Virus record (IMG/VR): IMGVR_UViG_3300020045_016408 | Coordinates: 1 to 37,108 of that record | From: a virus | Lineage: Duplodnaviria; Caudoviricetes | Length of the DNA stretch: 37,108 nucleotides | Reading direction: 5' to 3' (one strand) | Part shown: one piece after another, positions 26,374 through 34,475 of the stretch | How positions within the stretch are numbered: the stretch's first letter is position 1 | Layout: each line of letters starts with the position of its first letter | Notes under the pieces: model-generated | Databases searched by the model: none | What the model was told of the DNA's origin: nothing | What the model saw: the letters and a program-made list of their open reading frames with translations, nothing else | Program-made: the position numbers and the translations under genes

Positions 26374-26508
26374 CTATTCCTTTTTACTTTCAGCCTCCTC
26401 TACCACCTTCCGCTGTTCCTCGTTCGCCTTCTCTACGACCTCTCTCCACACACGTTTCTTTTCTTCAGGGGATGCCTCGCGGAAGAAGCGAGAGAAGTTT
26501 GAGTCCAT
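26374..26508 (-). CDS. small helical protein (44 aa)
   Basis: Hand translation MDSNFSRFFREASPEEKKRVWREVVEKANEEQRKVVEEAESKKE*. Confidence 0.65.
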   Translation of the reverse strand: MDSNFSRFFREASPEEKKRVWREVVEKANEEQRKVVEEAESKKE

Positions 26509-26522
26509 AGGCTATTCGATCT

Positions 26523-26729
26523 TCACGGATCAAATTGAGTAGCTCCACACTCGCAGGTAAAGAATCCCCCTGTGGATCGTACAGAGGTGAAGGTGTGGGT
26601 GTGGGAACGAGTCACAATCGTCTCTGCGCTGATCGTTCCTAGCTCAAATGGACACACAGCCTTTGGAGCAGGGATCGCCTCGTGTCCTTCCTTACCGCAC
26701 GCCTGGCAGATGGGTGGAGAGGTGGGCAT
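26523..26729 (-). CDS. small Cys/His zinc-binding protein (68 aa)
   Basis: CQACGKEGH...C and HTH...CECG; TGA-T-ATG start. Confidence 0.6.
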   Translation of the reverse strand: MPTSPPICQACGKEGHEAIPAPKAVCPFELGTISAETIVTRSHTHTFTSVRSTGGFFTCECGATQFDP

Positions 26730-26730
26730 A

Positions 26731-26940
26731 TCAAGGTTCAATCGAGATTTCTTCTACAGTGCAGCTTCCTCCGCCATGTCCGCAGAATCCGCACCCATGT
26801 TTCTTCCCAAAATTATTCGTCGCTGCAACCATGTCCGCCGATGACCGAGTGCGATAGTACCCAACGATTTCGTCAGGTTCACCACATCCGATCTTCACGA
26901 CGCGATACGCTGTCCAGCGCACGGCTGTAGAGGAATCCAT
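26731..26940 (-). CDS. hypothetical protein (69 aa)
   Basis: Coupled ORF containing CGFCG. Confidence 0.6.
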   Translation of the reverse strand: MDSSTAVRWTAYRVVKIGCGEPDEIVGYYRTRSSADMVAATNNFGKKHGCGFCGHGGGSCTVEEISIEP

Positions 26941-26941
26941 A

Positions 26942-27316
26942 TCACCTCATCACCCCCCACATGAGCAAACACCCAAGCAAGAACCCTGACACAGCGACGA
27001 ATCCGTAAGCGATGATGAAGGCGGGGTCGAGGTCGTCTTTCTTGAAGTCAGGATTGTTCTCGAATCTTATTTTCCCTTTCCACTTTTGGCCGTGCCCGCA
27101 GGACCACCCTTTTTCAGTGATAGGGCTTTCGCATTGGCTACAAACGGCCTCGTAATCCTCTGGCGGGAAAAGGTGGACTTCGTCTATAAGGTTTAGGCTC
27201 TTGTAATCCTCTGGGGTTCGATGAGAGTCGCGCATAGCACGTTCTGTTTCACGATCAAGAATCTGTCTGACTCTTGGGTCAGGAGACTCTACTTCAGGGG
27301 TTAGCCAGCGGGTCAT
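26942..27316 (-). CDS. hypothetical protein with Zn-ribbon and C-terminal TM (124 aa)
   Basis: CSQC...CGH and a hydrophobic tail AFIIAYGFVAVSGFLLGCLLMW. Confidence 0.7.
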   Translation of the reverse strand: MTRWLTPEVESPDPRVRQILDRETERAMRDSHRTPEDYKSLNLIDEVHLFPPEDYEAVCSQCESPITEKGWSCGHGQKWKGKIRFENNPDFKKDDLDPAFIIAYGFVAVSGFLLGCLLMWGVMR

Positions 27317-27317
27317 A

Positions 27318-27479
27318 TTATTCCGTCTTCACCTTCTCCTCTTCAGTGATAATCGCTTCCAACATTCCGATCGAGAAGTCGAGAGCTTGGCTCTTGATCG
27401 TTTCCCCTTGATTCTTCAATCCAATCAAGCAGTCATGCACCTTCTCCACAACGGCGAGTTCTTGTCCGTAGAGAGACAT
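27318..27479 (-). CDS. hypothetical protein (53 aa)
   Basis: Hand translation MSLYGQELAVVEKVHDCLIGLK...EEEKVKTE*; fills the gap with a TAA-T-ATG junction. Confidence 0.6.
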   Translation of the reverse strand: MSLYGQELAVVEKVHDCLIGLKNQGETIKSQALDFSIGMLEAIITEEEKVKTE

Positions 27480-27484
27480 AGGGT

Positions 27485-28477
27485 TTATTTAAGATTGTAA
27501 GCAAACTCTTTTGCCGCTGTCCATGAGCCGAAGTGATACCTGTAACTCGCTGCTGCGGGAAGGAGCTTCCGACGACAGTCAGAGGTCGAGGCTTCCCGTC
27601 CGTGGTTCAGCTTGAACTCAAGGAGCGCGTTTATGAGCATCTCTTCCGAGTATCGTTTATTCTTTTGCTGGACCTTAATCGCCACCTCGCCGTTGGTTGC
27701 CTGGAAGACAACATCGGTACGGTTGATCTTTGGTTTCTTTCCATCACAAAACGTCAGGGCGTTCAAAAGTGCGCGTGGCATTTCGGTTTTCACCTTCGGC
27801 AGCCGTCCGTTCTTGATCCAAAACTCGCGGTAGAACTTTACCGCGCTCTCGTGATTCCATTTCCAGGTCGGGTGATTTATGTTTTCCCCAGACTTGCGAA
27901 ACGGGATCCCGGCACGCTCACAGCACGCCTTCAATCCATTCTTCCCGTAGACCGCGAGGATGGTGTCGTAGAAGGTGATCTCGCTTGTGCTCGGTGTGCG
28001 TCCGAGCTTGTCGTGGAGTGCTTTGAGTCGTGCGGCGAGCTGATCGGGGCAGGTGCCGCGCTCATTCATGTTCTCCATGGTCCGCTTCTTGAGTGTTGCG
28101 CGGATCTTTTCCCGAGTACGCGAGCTGTGACTTCTAGGTGATCTAAGATTTGCTTTTCGCGCTTCCAGTCCGTTCGCAATCAGCTTGGCGCGGAACTTCT
28201 CTCCGATGAGCGCGGTCGTCTGTCGCAGCCCGGTCTTCTCCTTGTACGCCGAAGCGGTCATCGCGTGTTCACGACGCAGGTGATATCCGAGCGCTTCATG
28301 CCAGGTGCCGCACAGGTGACACTGGACCTGATCGGTCTTCCCATCGAAGACAAGCACGCCTTTGAAGCCGAAGCCGCCTTCGTATTTCATAAAGGGCTCC
28401 TTGACGCGGTACAGAAGGGCATACCCGGATGGAGCGTCTTCGTATTCGAGGACTTTTTTCTCTTCGATGGGAGCCAT
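27485..28477 (-). CDS. DNA-binding protein with MucR/Ros-like zinc finger and homing-endonuclease-associated repeats (330 aa)
   Basis: VQCHLCGTWHEALGYHLRREHAMTASAYKEKTGL; repeats LKALHDKLGRTPS, FWIKNGRLPK and YSEEMLINALLEF...HGREAS...YRYHFGSWTAAKEFA. Start set at 28477. Confidence 0.75.
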   Translation of the reverse strand: MAPIEEKKVLEYEDAPSGYALLYRVKEPFMKYEGGFGFKGVLVFDGKTDQVQCHLCGTWHEALGYHLRREHAMTASAYKEKTGLRQTTALIGEKFRAKLIANGLEARKANLRSPRSHSSRTREKIRATLKKRTMENMNERGTCPDQLAARLKALHDKLGRTPSTSEITFYDTILAVYGKNGLKACCERAGIPFRKSGENINHPTWKWNHESAVKFYREFWIKNGRLPKVKTEMPRALLNALTFCDGKKPKINRTDVVFQATNGEVAIKVQQKNKRYSEEMLINALLEFKLNHGREASTSDCRRKLLPAAASYRYHFGSWTAAKEFAYNLK

Positions 28478-28502
28478 AGAGATCATTAAAGAGACATAGA
28501 AT

Positions 28503-28775
28503 TTATTTCTCTTCTTTAATAGGAGGAGCTTCAGAGAAATTTGTTTTAAACACAATGCCGTGGAGGAGAAGGACCCGTTCGAGACAGTAATTAAGCGCAA
28601 AGATCACGTCCCGCGCAGATGCAGGTTTACCTGAAAGCTCCGTCATGAAGTCCGAGAACTCTTTTACAGGTTCCTTTAGCTTTGCGTGTGTCGTTGTGTA
28701 GAGATAGTTCATTCCTAAAGCAAACCCGATAACCCCAGACAGAGCCGCAATGAGAAGGGCAAGAATGAATTCCAT
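28503..28775 (-). CDS. membrane-anchored hypothetical protein (90 aa)
   Basis: N-terminal TM FILALLIAALSGVIGFALG. Confidence 0.7.
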   Translation of the reverse strand: MEFILALLIAALSGVIGFALGMNYLYTTTHAKLKEPVKEFSDFMTELSGKPASARDVIFALNYCLERVLLLHGIVFKTNFSEAPPIKEEK

Positions 28776-28787
28776 AATGTATATAAT

Positions 28788-30161
28788 TTACGGGATCGTA
28801 ACATCCCATTCCTGAGCTGCATAAAACTTAAGCCGTGTGCGGCCCTGCGCTTTCAAGATCGGGTTCCCGAGATCGACGAAGTCAATAATCTTTGGCGACT
28901 GCTTGCCCTCAAAGAGTCGGAGGATGCGCCCGACACTCTGCTCTTGCAGCACGTCGCTCTTTAGGTCGCCGGCAATCACCATTGTGTCGAGAGAGGGGAG
29001 ATCGATCCCTGTGCTCAGGAGACTAAAAGTACCGATAAGGACACGAGGACAGTCGCGAGAAGTACGAGCTCGATAATCCGACAAGTCTCGTACAAACGAA
29101 TGAGCGTCTGCAAAGAGGAGACAATCCTCTCTAAACTGCTCTCCTTGTCTACGCTCCAGCTCAGCGTAGAGGAGCCTCCCATGCTCGACTCGTTTGGTGA
29201 AGACGACGACGGTCCTTTGCTCATGCGCGTCTGCGAGAATCCGTTCAGCAATGATTCGATTTCTCTCGACACTTTCCGTTTGCGCTTTGATGATTTCGGC
29301 GTACTCTCCCATCCTAATTTTTTCTGTGATGTGACAGATTTCAACGGACGGCTTGTCTCGCGGGAGGTCCGCGCTGCATCGAACGGGTCCATAAATGAAT
29401 TCGAGGGCTTTGCCTTGCCCGTCCGTGCGCCGCGGCGTTGCGGTGAGGCCATAGAGATAGTGGGGTGCAAAGGATTGAATTACTTTCCTGCTTTTTTCCG
29501 GGACGGTCGTGTGGCATTCGTCAACAAGGACAAGGCCGAATGCAGTCTTGAGCTCGTCTCGAGGAGTTCTAGCGACAATCCGACTGAGGAGTTGTAGAGT
29601 GATAACAACGAGTCCTCTGCTTTCATCAAGGATTTCTTCACCTCCCGCAGCCGCTGTGCATCCGAAGTATTTTTTGATGTCTTCACAGAATTGTTCTTGA
29701 ATTTTTAGACGGGGCACGATGATGAGAGTACGAGCCTGTAAGAGTTCAGCAATCTTGAGACCGATGATCGTCTTCCCGAACCCGGTGCCTAGTCGGATGA
29801 TCCCGTTCGAGCGAGCCAAGGCCTGTTCGGGAATTCCTTCCTGGTATGGGCGCAGGACGATCGATGAGGTGAGCGGAGTTTTGAGCTTGGGGAACGCAGT
29901 CTCGTCGACAATCTCGTAATCCCTCTTCATATAGAGGCAGAACTCTTCCAGCATCCCTCGCCCAAGCGCCAGCTTCGTACGGTCCTTTGACTCCGCCCAG
30001 TACCGGAACTCCTTTGGACACCCATAGACTGCACGCGTCTTCCCCATCCGCATGAGCTTGTGCCAGAGGGGGTTCTCAAGTGTTGATAACGCCTTAAAGT
30101 GCGCCGCCACATGGAGTGGGGCGTTGTGAAGGATAAGATGGGAGCCGATCGTCGCCTTCAT
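28788..30161 (-). CDS. SF2 DExH helicase (XPB/UvsW-like)
   Basis: LRPYQ, GTGFGKT, DECH, TAT, TGIDLP and QSVGRILR motifs. Confidence 0.93.
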   Translation of the reverse strand: MKATIGSHLILHNAPLHVAAHFKALSTLENPLWHKLMRMGKTRAVYGCPKEFRYWAESKDRTKLALGRGMLEEFCLYMKRDYEIVDETAFPKLKTPLTSSIVLRPYQEGIPEQALARSNGIIRLGTGFGKTIIGLKIAELLQARTLIIVPRLKIQEQFCEDIKKYFGCTAAAGGEEILDESRGLVVITLQLLSRIVARTPRDELKTAFGLVLVDECHTTVPEKSRKVIQSFAPHYLYGLTATPRRTDGQGKALEFIYGPVRCSADLPRDKPSVEICHITEKIRMGEYAEIIKAQTESVERNRIIAERILADAHEQRTVVVFTKRVEHGRLLYAELERRQGEQFREDCLLFADAHSFVRDLSDYRARTSRDCPRVLIGTFSLLSTGIDLPSLDTMVIAGDLKSDVLQEQSVGRILRLFEGKQSPKIIDFVDLGNPILKAQGRTRLKFYAAQEWDVTIP

Positions 30162-31078
30162 ACATCCTCTGCTTCTTCACCGAACTCGTCATCCCAGGCA
30201 TCAGCGGACATCGTCTCGTCTTCCCAGCCCTTGAGTTCTTCTGCTTTGTTCCAGGTTAGAGGTTCGTCCTCCCACTTGTTTTTATCCATAGCGTCTTGAA
30301 TGGCACGAACGCCAGCGATGAATTCACGCTCTGCTTGATCGAGCACAGCGTCGGAGAGAATGAAGAGTTTCACCTGATACAGGTCGTCCTCGATCTTCGA
30401 CGCGACGATGTGGCGACAGACGATCTTTAGCTCAGCGTTTGCAAGAGGTGCGTTAATCTCGCGCAGCATCATGCGATAGGCAGCTAATTGCCTGCAATAA
30501 CCAAAGTCCTGCGCATGGAAGAACCACTTCGTCGGACTCTTCACGGCGTAGGCAGCAGAGGTCTTTATATCATCGATGTAAAAGGTTGTTGTCTCTGCAT
30601 CATAGCTCACGATGTCCGCCAGTCCGCAGATCAGAGTTTTGTCAATGTTTCCTGACAAAAGAAACTGAAACTCTGTCCTTCGGTTGCAGTATTCTTTGAA
30701 AAACTCTGCTCCCTTGATTGCATTCGCGAGTCCACGTGCTGTCTCCATCTGATCGCGAGATACAAACACGTCGTCCGGCATGTCCTTCTGCGCTTCGAAG
30801 AGGTCTGGATCGTCGCGCTTCAGGACCTTCACGTCGTATGGAATCTTCTCGCCCGTGATGCAGGAGTCGACGATCCTACCAATCTTCATGGGCACAGAGA
30901 CCTTTGGCTTCATGGTCTTTGCGATATGCTTCTTGTAGTAGTACGCACGGGACTTGAGGAAGTCAGAGACGTGAGAATTCGAAATATGGAGACGACGTGG
31001 GTCGTAGTACGTCTCGCGGGTGAGCGCGAACGCCGTGTCCGCTTTCTTTGCCCTAGGTTTTTTTGACGAGGGAGCCAT
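30158..31078 (-). CDS. PD-(D/E)XK nuclease, RecE/DUF3799-like
   Basis: YY...ISNS, GLADIV...IDDIKT and GYCRQLAAY. Confidence 0.85.
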   Translation of the reverse strand: MAPSSKKPRAKKADTAFALTRETYYDPRRLHISNSHVSDFLKSRAYYYKKHIAKTMKPKVSVPMKIGRIVDSCITGEKIPYDVKVLKRDDPDLFEAQKDMPDDVFVSRDQMETARGLANAIKGAEFFKEYCNRRTEFQFLLSGNIDKTLICGLADIVSYDAETTTFYIDDIKTSAAYAVKSPTKWFFHAQDFGYCRQLAAYRMMLREINAPLANAELKIVCRHIVASKIEDDLYQVKLFILSDAVLDQAEREFIAGVRAIQDAMDKNKWEDEPLTWNKAEELKGWEDETMSADAWDDEFGEEAEDV

Positions 31079-31092
31079 ACATTCTTTCCGTC

Positions 31093-31815
31093 TTACGACT
31101 CGAAATCAAGCTTCGCGTCTTTCTCAATACGACCTTCTCGTTCCTTCCCCAGCACGCCGACAAGTTCATCGAAGGTCAGGTCGCAGTACTCGTCCTCCCA
31201 GTCAGCGATAAAGTAGAGACGATCCGTTTCTCTGATCCATCCGAAGAGAATGGGGTCACGCATTTTTCCTCTCTCTTCGTCGCTCATCTTCTTCACGTCC
31301 TTTTGCTCCTCGTTGTAGTAATGAAAGACCACAAACCCATCGAAGACATCCTCGACGGCCTTCTTCTTTTTGAGAACGTCATCGGGAATCGCTCGCGTAT
31401 ACTGCTCGAGGCGTGTGTCGCTGATCTTCCCGTCGCGAATCTTATATCGGTGACGCATGACGTCTTCCCGTTCAACGAACTTCCGGACCCCCTTTGCGTA
31501 GATCCCGGACTCACGTGTCTCGCGGGCGACTTCGAGGAGTAGCTTCTCTCCGAGGGCGTACTGTCCTGCCTCAACGGCGTTATCGAACGCTCGTTGCAAC
31601 GTCTTCAGACGTCGCTCGATCGAACGTCCAGCGAGTAGACCGAACTTCTTCTTGAGGTAACTGAAATACAGTTGGGGCGCGATCCCCTTCTTCTCGAGAG
31701 AAATCCCTACGGTCCCCCACCCAGGAGAGATCGTCGCGTCTCCCGTAATCGTAAGAGTACCGGACGAATTCGCGGTAAAAAACCCAGCGTTTGTATCGTA
31801 ATAAGAGAAAGGCAT
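31093..31815 (-). CDS. phage hypothetical protein (240 aa)
   Basis: Clean ORF with a distinctive DPILFG...RLYFIADWEDEYCDLT C-terminus; function unknown. Confidence 0.8.
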   Translation of the reverse strand: MPFSYYDTNAGFFTANSSGTLTITGDATISPGWGTVGISLEKKGIAPQLYFSYLKKKFGLLAGRSIERRLKTLQRAFDNAVEAGQYALGEKLLLEVARETRESGIYAKGVRKFVEREDVMRHRYKIRDGKISDTRLEQYTRAIPDDVLKKKKAVEDVFDGFVVFHYYNEEQKDVKKMSDEERGKMRDPILFGWIRETDRLYFIADWEDEYCDLTFDELVGVLGKEREGRIEKDAKLDFES

Positions 31816-31816
31816 A

Positions 31817-32050
31817 TCAATCGAACGTCATTCCACACTGTTTACATTCCATCTGAAAGACACTTAGGTGCGGACATGGAGTGTTCATCTCATCCTCAAC
31901 CATTGAGACCGCGCCCGACAGGGACTTCGCGCCCGCCGAATTCACAGATAAGAAATCGGACAAGGTCGTCTGCTCTCTCCTTGTCGGTTTTGACGTGTCG
32001 CTTCCGCTTGGGTTTGACGCCGTCGAGGGCGGATTGTCGGAGTCGCTCAT
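31817..32050 (-). CDS. small hypothetical protein ending in CPH...CKQC (start uncertain; may be only 31817-31888)
   Basis: Its stop forms a TGA-T-ATG junction with the next gene; conflicts with the overlapping ORF 31896-32081. Confidence 0.35.
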   Translation of the reverse strand: MSDSDNPPSTASNPSGSDTSKPTRREQTTLSDFLSVNSAGAKSLSGAVSMVEDEMNTPCPHLSVFQMECKQCGMTFD

Positions 32051-32081
32051 ATTCTTCACTCGTCAATTGCCAGGCGGACAT
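31896..32081 (-). CDS. hypothetical protein (61 aa)
   Basis: MSAWQLTSEEYERLRQSALDG..., T-ATG start and protein-like composition. Confidence 0.45.
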   Translation of the reverse strand: MSAWQLTSEEYERLRQSALDGVKPKRKRHVKTDKERADDLVRFLICEFGGREVPVGRGLNG

Positions 32082-32116
32082 AGAACATTCTGTGTTGAGG
32101 ATGAGGGCGATCGTAA

Positions 32117-32154
32117 GCTGATTACAGGGATGCCTACGCATCCCTGAGATCAAC
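32117..32154 (-). terminator. strong hairpin downstream of the SSB-like gene (attenuator or processing site)
   Basis: CAGGGATGC/GCATCCCTG perfect 9-bp stem, 4-nt loop and 6-bp outer stem; no good U-tract. Confidence 0.5.
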
Positions 32155-32164
32155 TCACGAGTCT

Positions 32165-32626
32165 CTAAAACGGCTCACCGCTTCCCTCTGGGTCAGCGAA
32201 GCCGCCGCCTTTGTACTGCTCGACGAACTCCGGACGGAACATGTCGCGAGCAAACGCCTTGATCACTTTAATGTCATTGTAGCCGGCGGTAGAGTGCGGC
32301 TTTGATTCGATGAACTTCACCCCGACGAGCTGTCCCATTTTGCAAGACTCGAGTCCAGAGATCACCTGCGGATTGCCCGAACGTCCCGCGACATTCACTA
32401 CCGTACCGTCTTCCTGCATGAGGACATAGATTGCCTGGAGAGTCTTGCCCGACTTGTCCTTGAGTGTGTTCGGCTTCAGTTTTTTGTCGACGAGATATCC
32501 AGAGACCTTGTCTCCTGGATTCTGCGGCTTCCACCATTTGGAAGTGACGACGTTCTTATCGTCGAACAACTCTGCGTCGCTGCTTCCTGCTGCGCCTGCT
32601 GCGCCGTCCTTCGCTTCTTTCGACAT
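32165..32626 (-). CDS. single-stranded DNA-binding protein-like (OB fold)
   Basis: WWKP..PGDKVSGY, beta-rich core, acidic tail ending DPEGSGEPF similar to SSB C-termini; located among recombination genes. Confidence 0.65.
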   Translation of the reverse strand: MSKEAKDGAAGAAGSSDAELFDDKNVVTSKWWKPQNPGDKVSGYLVDKKLKPNTLKDKSGKTLQAIYVLMQEDGTVVNVAGRSGNPQVISGLESCKMGQLVGVKFIESKPHSTAGYNDIKVIKAFARDMFRPEFVEQYKGGGFADPEGSGEPF

Positions 32627-32645
32627 ACGCGTTTCGCGTTATGCG

Positions 32646-32942
32646 TTAATAAGTTTTCTCTGTATCCTTCGCGTCGCTCATGAGGATCGTGTCTGCTTCT
32701 ACCCACGCGAGGATGTCTACTCCGAGTCTGCGCTTCAGTTTGATGTGCGTGATCAGGCCGAAGTTCTGCAGCTTGTCGGGACTCTGCTTCGCGATCTTAT
32801 GGACCTGCGCCACACCCATCTTTGCACGCTCTGCGACTTCGCGCCAGGTCTGCCCTGTTACCACCTTGTACTGCAAGAGAGGATTCATTGGCCCTGTAGC
32901 CTCTGGTAATGCACTGGATTTCTGTGATGTTTGTTCTATCAT
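32646..32942 (-). CDS. HTH (Cro/XRE-like) DNA-binding protein (98 aa)
   Basis: GQTWREVAERAKMGVAQVHKIA; first gene after a sigma70-like promoter. Confidence 0.7.
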   Translation of the reverse strand: MIEQTSQKSSALPEATGPMNPLLQYKVVTGQTWREVAERAKMGVAQVHKIAKQSPDKLQNFGLITHIKLKRRLGVDILAWVEADTILMSDAKDTEKTY

Positions 32943-32952
32943 AGATAGTGCA

Positions 32953-32982
32953 AACATACCAGAAGACAGCACATTCTGTCAA
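32953..32982 (-). promoter_or_regulatory. sigma70-type promoter
   Basis: TTGACA (32982-32977), 18-nt spacer ending TGG, TATGTT (32958-32953). Confidence 0.7.
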
Positions 32983-32996
32983 GGGACAGCACCCGG

Positions 32997-33242
32997 CTAT
33001 CCGGGTGAATCCTGTGGATAAGTTCGGGAGGTGTGGAGCGTGATCTGAATCTTTGTGAGCCTAGATCCGTACCCGAATCCGCGGACGGCGCGTAAGGGTC
33101 GGTCTGTTTGAAAGGCGTGACAGCGTGAACAGAGACGAAAGAGCACGTGCGCTCCGTGGAGGTGGCCTGTGTGAAGATTGATGGGCGCATGACAACAGGC
33201 GGAGGGAAGCGTTGCGCGTGCGCGGATCGTTTTGAAGAACAT
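32997..33242 (-). CDS. small Cys/His-rich zinc-binding protein (81 aa)
   Basis: SACCHAP...CSRCH motif; starts 3 nt after the helicase stop. Confidence 0.55.
   Translation of the reverse strand: MFFKTIRARATLPSACCHAPINLHTGHLHGAHVLFRLCSRCHAFQTDRPLRAVRGFGYGSRLTKIQITLHTSRTYPQDSPG
33013..33021 (-). promoter_or_regulatory. consensus DnaA box TTATCCACA
   Basis: Exact match 30 nt upstream of the -35, with palindrome CACCCGG-N4-CCGGGTG (32990-33007) in between. Confidence 0.5.
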
Positions 33243-33245
33243 AGG

Positions 33246-34475
33246 TTAATCAATACCTCCGAGCGGTGGAGCCGCAACCTCGCCTGACGCATAGATACGC
33301 GACACCTCCTTGGATGATAGGGGCTTGGATTTTAAGGAAAAAGACTTTGTCTTCTGATCATAAATCAGTTGACCGGTATCAACCATCTTCTTCCAGGCGT
33401 CCTTGAATGCGCCGCTACGAGACGTGAGTCCTAATGCATCGACAACGTCTTTTTGTTTCGCGGTTATCATCACGGCAAGTTCCTGTTCGATGCGATCGAC
33501 AAGTGTGTCGCGCTCAAGGTCCCCGTCAGAGAATTTCTCCCGCGTAACCTTCGTGAGCACGACCTCTATCCGCGTTTTTTCTTCGTCGTCCTCCTGGGTT
33601 GTAAAGTTCCGGAACGAAATCTCTAGGTCTGGGACCTGACTCAGGTCCACCTGCCGCGACTTCAGCGCAGAGACCGTGACGGCTCGTGTTGTCTTATCGA
33701 TTGAGAACTTGAGGACATGGTCTGCTTTGCCGGTGATGTCTCCCGCCCCACGTAAAGATGACTCAGATCCGGTCTCCGATTTTGCTGGGTGGTGGATGAG
33801 GACGACGGTGCACGCGAGTTCAACGTCGTCGATGAGCGTGTTCCGCAGGAGGGTCAACACTCGTGCGACTTTTGCGTTGTCGTTCTCATCATCAACCCCG
33901 ACGATGGACGAGAACGGGTCCATGAAAATTGTCGATATCTTCTTTTCGATACAGAGCTCGCGCAGACGCCGAACGTCTTCTTCGCGATTCAGTTGCACGT
34001 TCTGCGAGAGAAGAAAGTAGAGCGAGGCTTCGTCAGGTGGCGGCGAAGACAGCCTCTTCAGACGATCATGCATGAGCACGATGTTCATCTCCTCTTCGAT
34101 GAAGAGGACGTTCCCCGTCGGAAGCGGAGCCGCATACTCAGTCGCGTCCTCCGTGCATTCGATCGCGTCAAACAAACTCTTCCCCTCACTCAAGCGACAA
34201 GCGACCTTGAGCGCGAAGAATGTTTTATAGGAACCTGGACGACCCGCGAAGAAGACAAGTGCCGCACGAGGAATGAGGTTCGGGACAATCCAGGACGGCG
34301 CGGGAATATCTTGTGCAAGCAGGTCTCGACGCTCAAGGAGGGCAAACTTCGGCTCTGTCTTCTCAACACTTTTCTTTACAGCAACATCGAGGAAGGAGGT
34401 CGCCTCGGAATTGCCCCCGTCCCCCTCGTCAGCTCCGTCCGATCTCGCGATCGAAGGAGGCACAGAGTCTGTCAT
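33246..34475 (-). CDS. RepA-like AAA_25 replicative helicase with winged-helix-like C-terminus
   Basis: PSWIVPNLIP, Walker A GRPGSYKT, VLFIEEEM, Walker B IFMDP, IHH and LRGAG. Confidence 0.88.
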   Translation of the reverse strand: MTDSVPPSIARSDGADEGDGGNSEATSFLDVAVKKSVEKTEPKFALLERRDLLAQDIPAPSWIVPNLIPRAALVFFAGRPGSYKTFFALKVACRLSEGKSLFDAIECTEDATEYAAPLPTGNVLFIEEEMNIVLMHDRLKRLSSPPPDEASLYFLLSQNVQLNREEDVRRLRELCIEKKISTIFMDPFSSIVGVDDENDNAKVARVLTLLRNTLIDDVELACTVVLIHHPAKSETGSESSLRGAGDITGKADHVLKFSIDKTTRAVTVSALKSRQVDLSQVPDLEISFRNFTTQEDDEEKTRIEVVLTKVTREKFSDGDLERDTLVDRIEQELAVMITAKQKDVVDALGLTSRSGAFKDAWKKMVDTGQLIYDQKTKSFSLKSKPLSSKEVSRIYASGEVAAPPLGGID

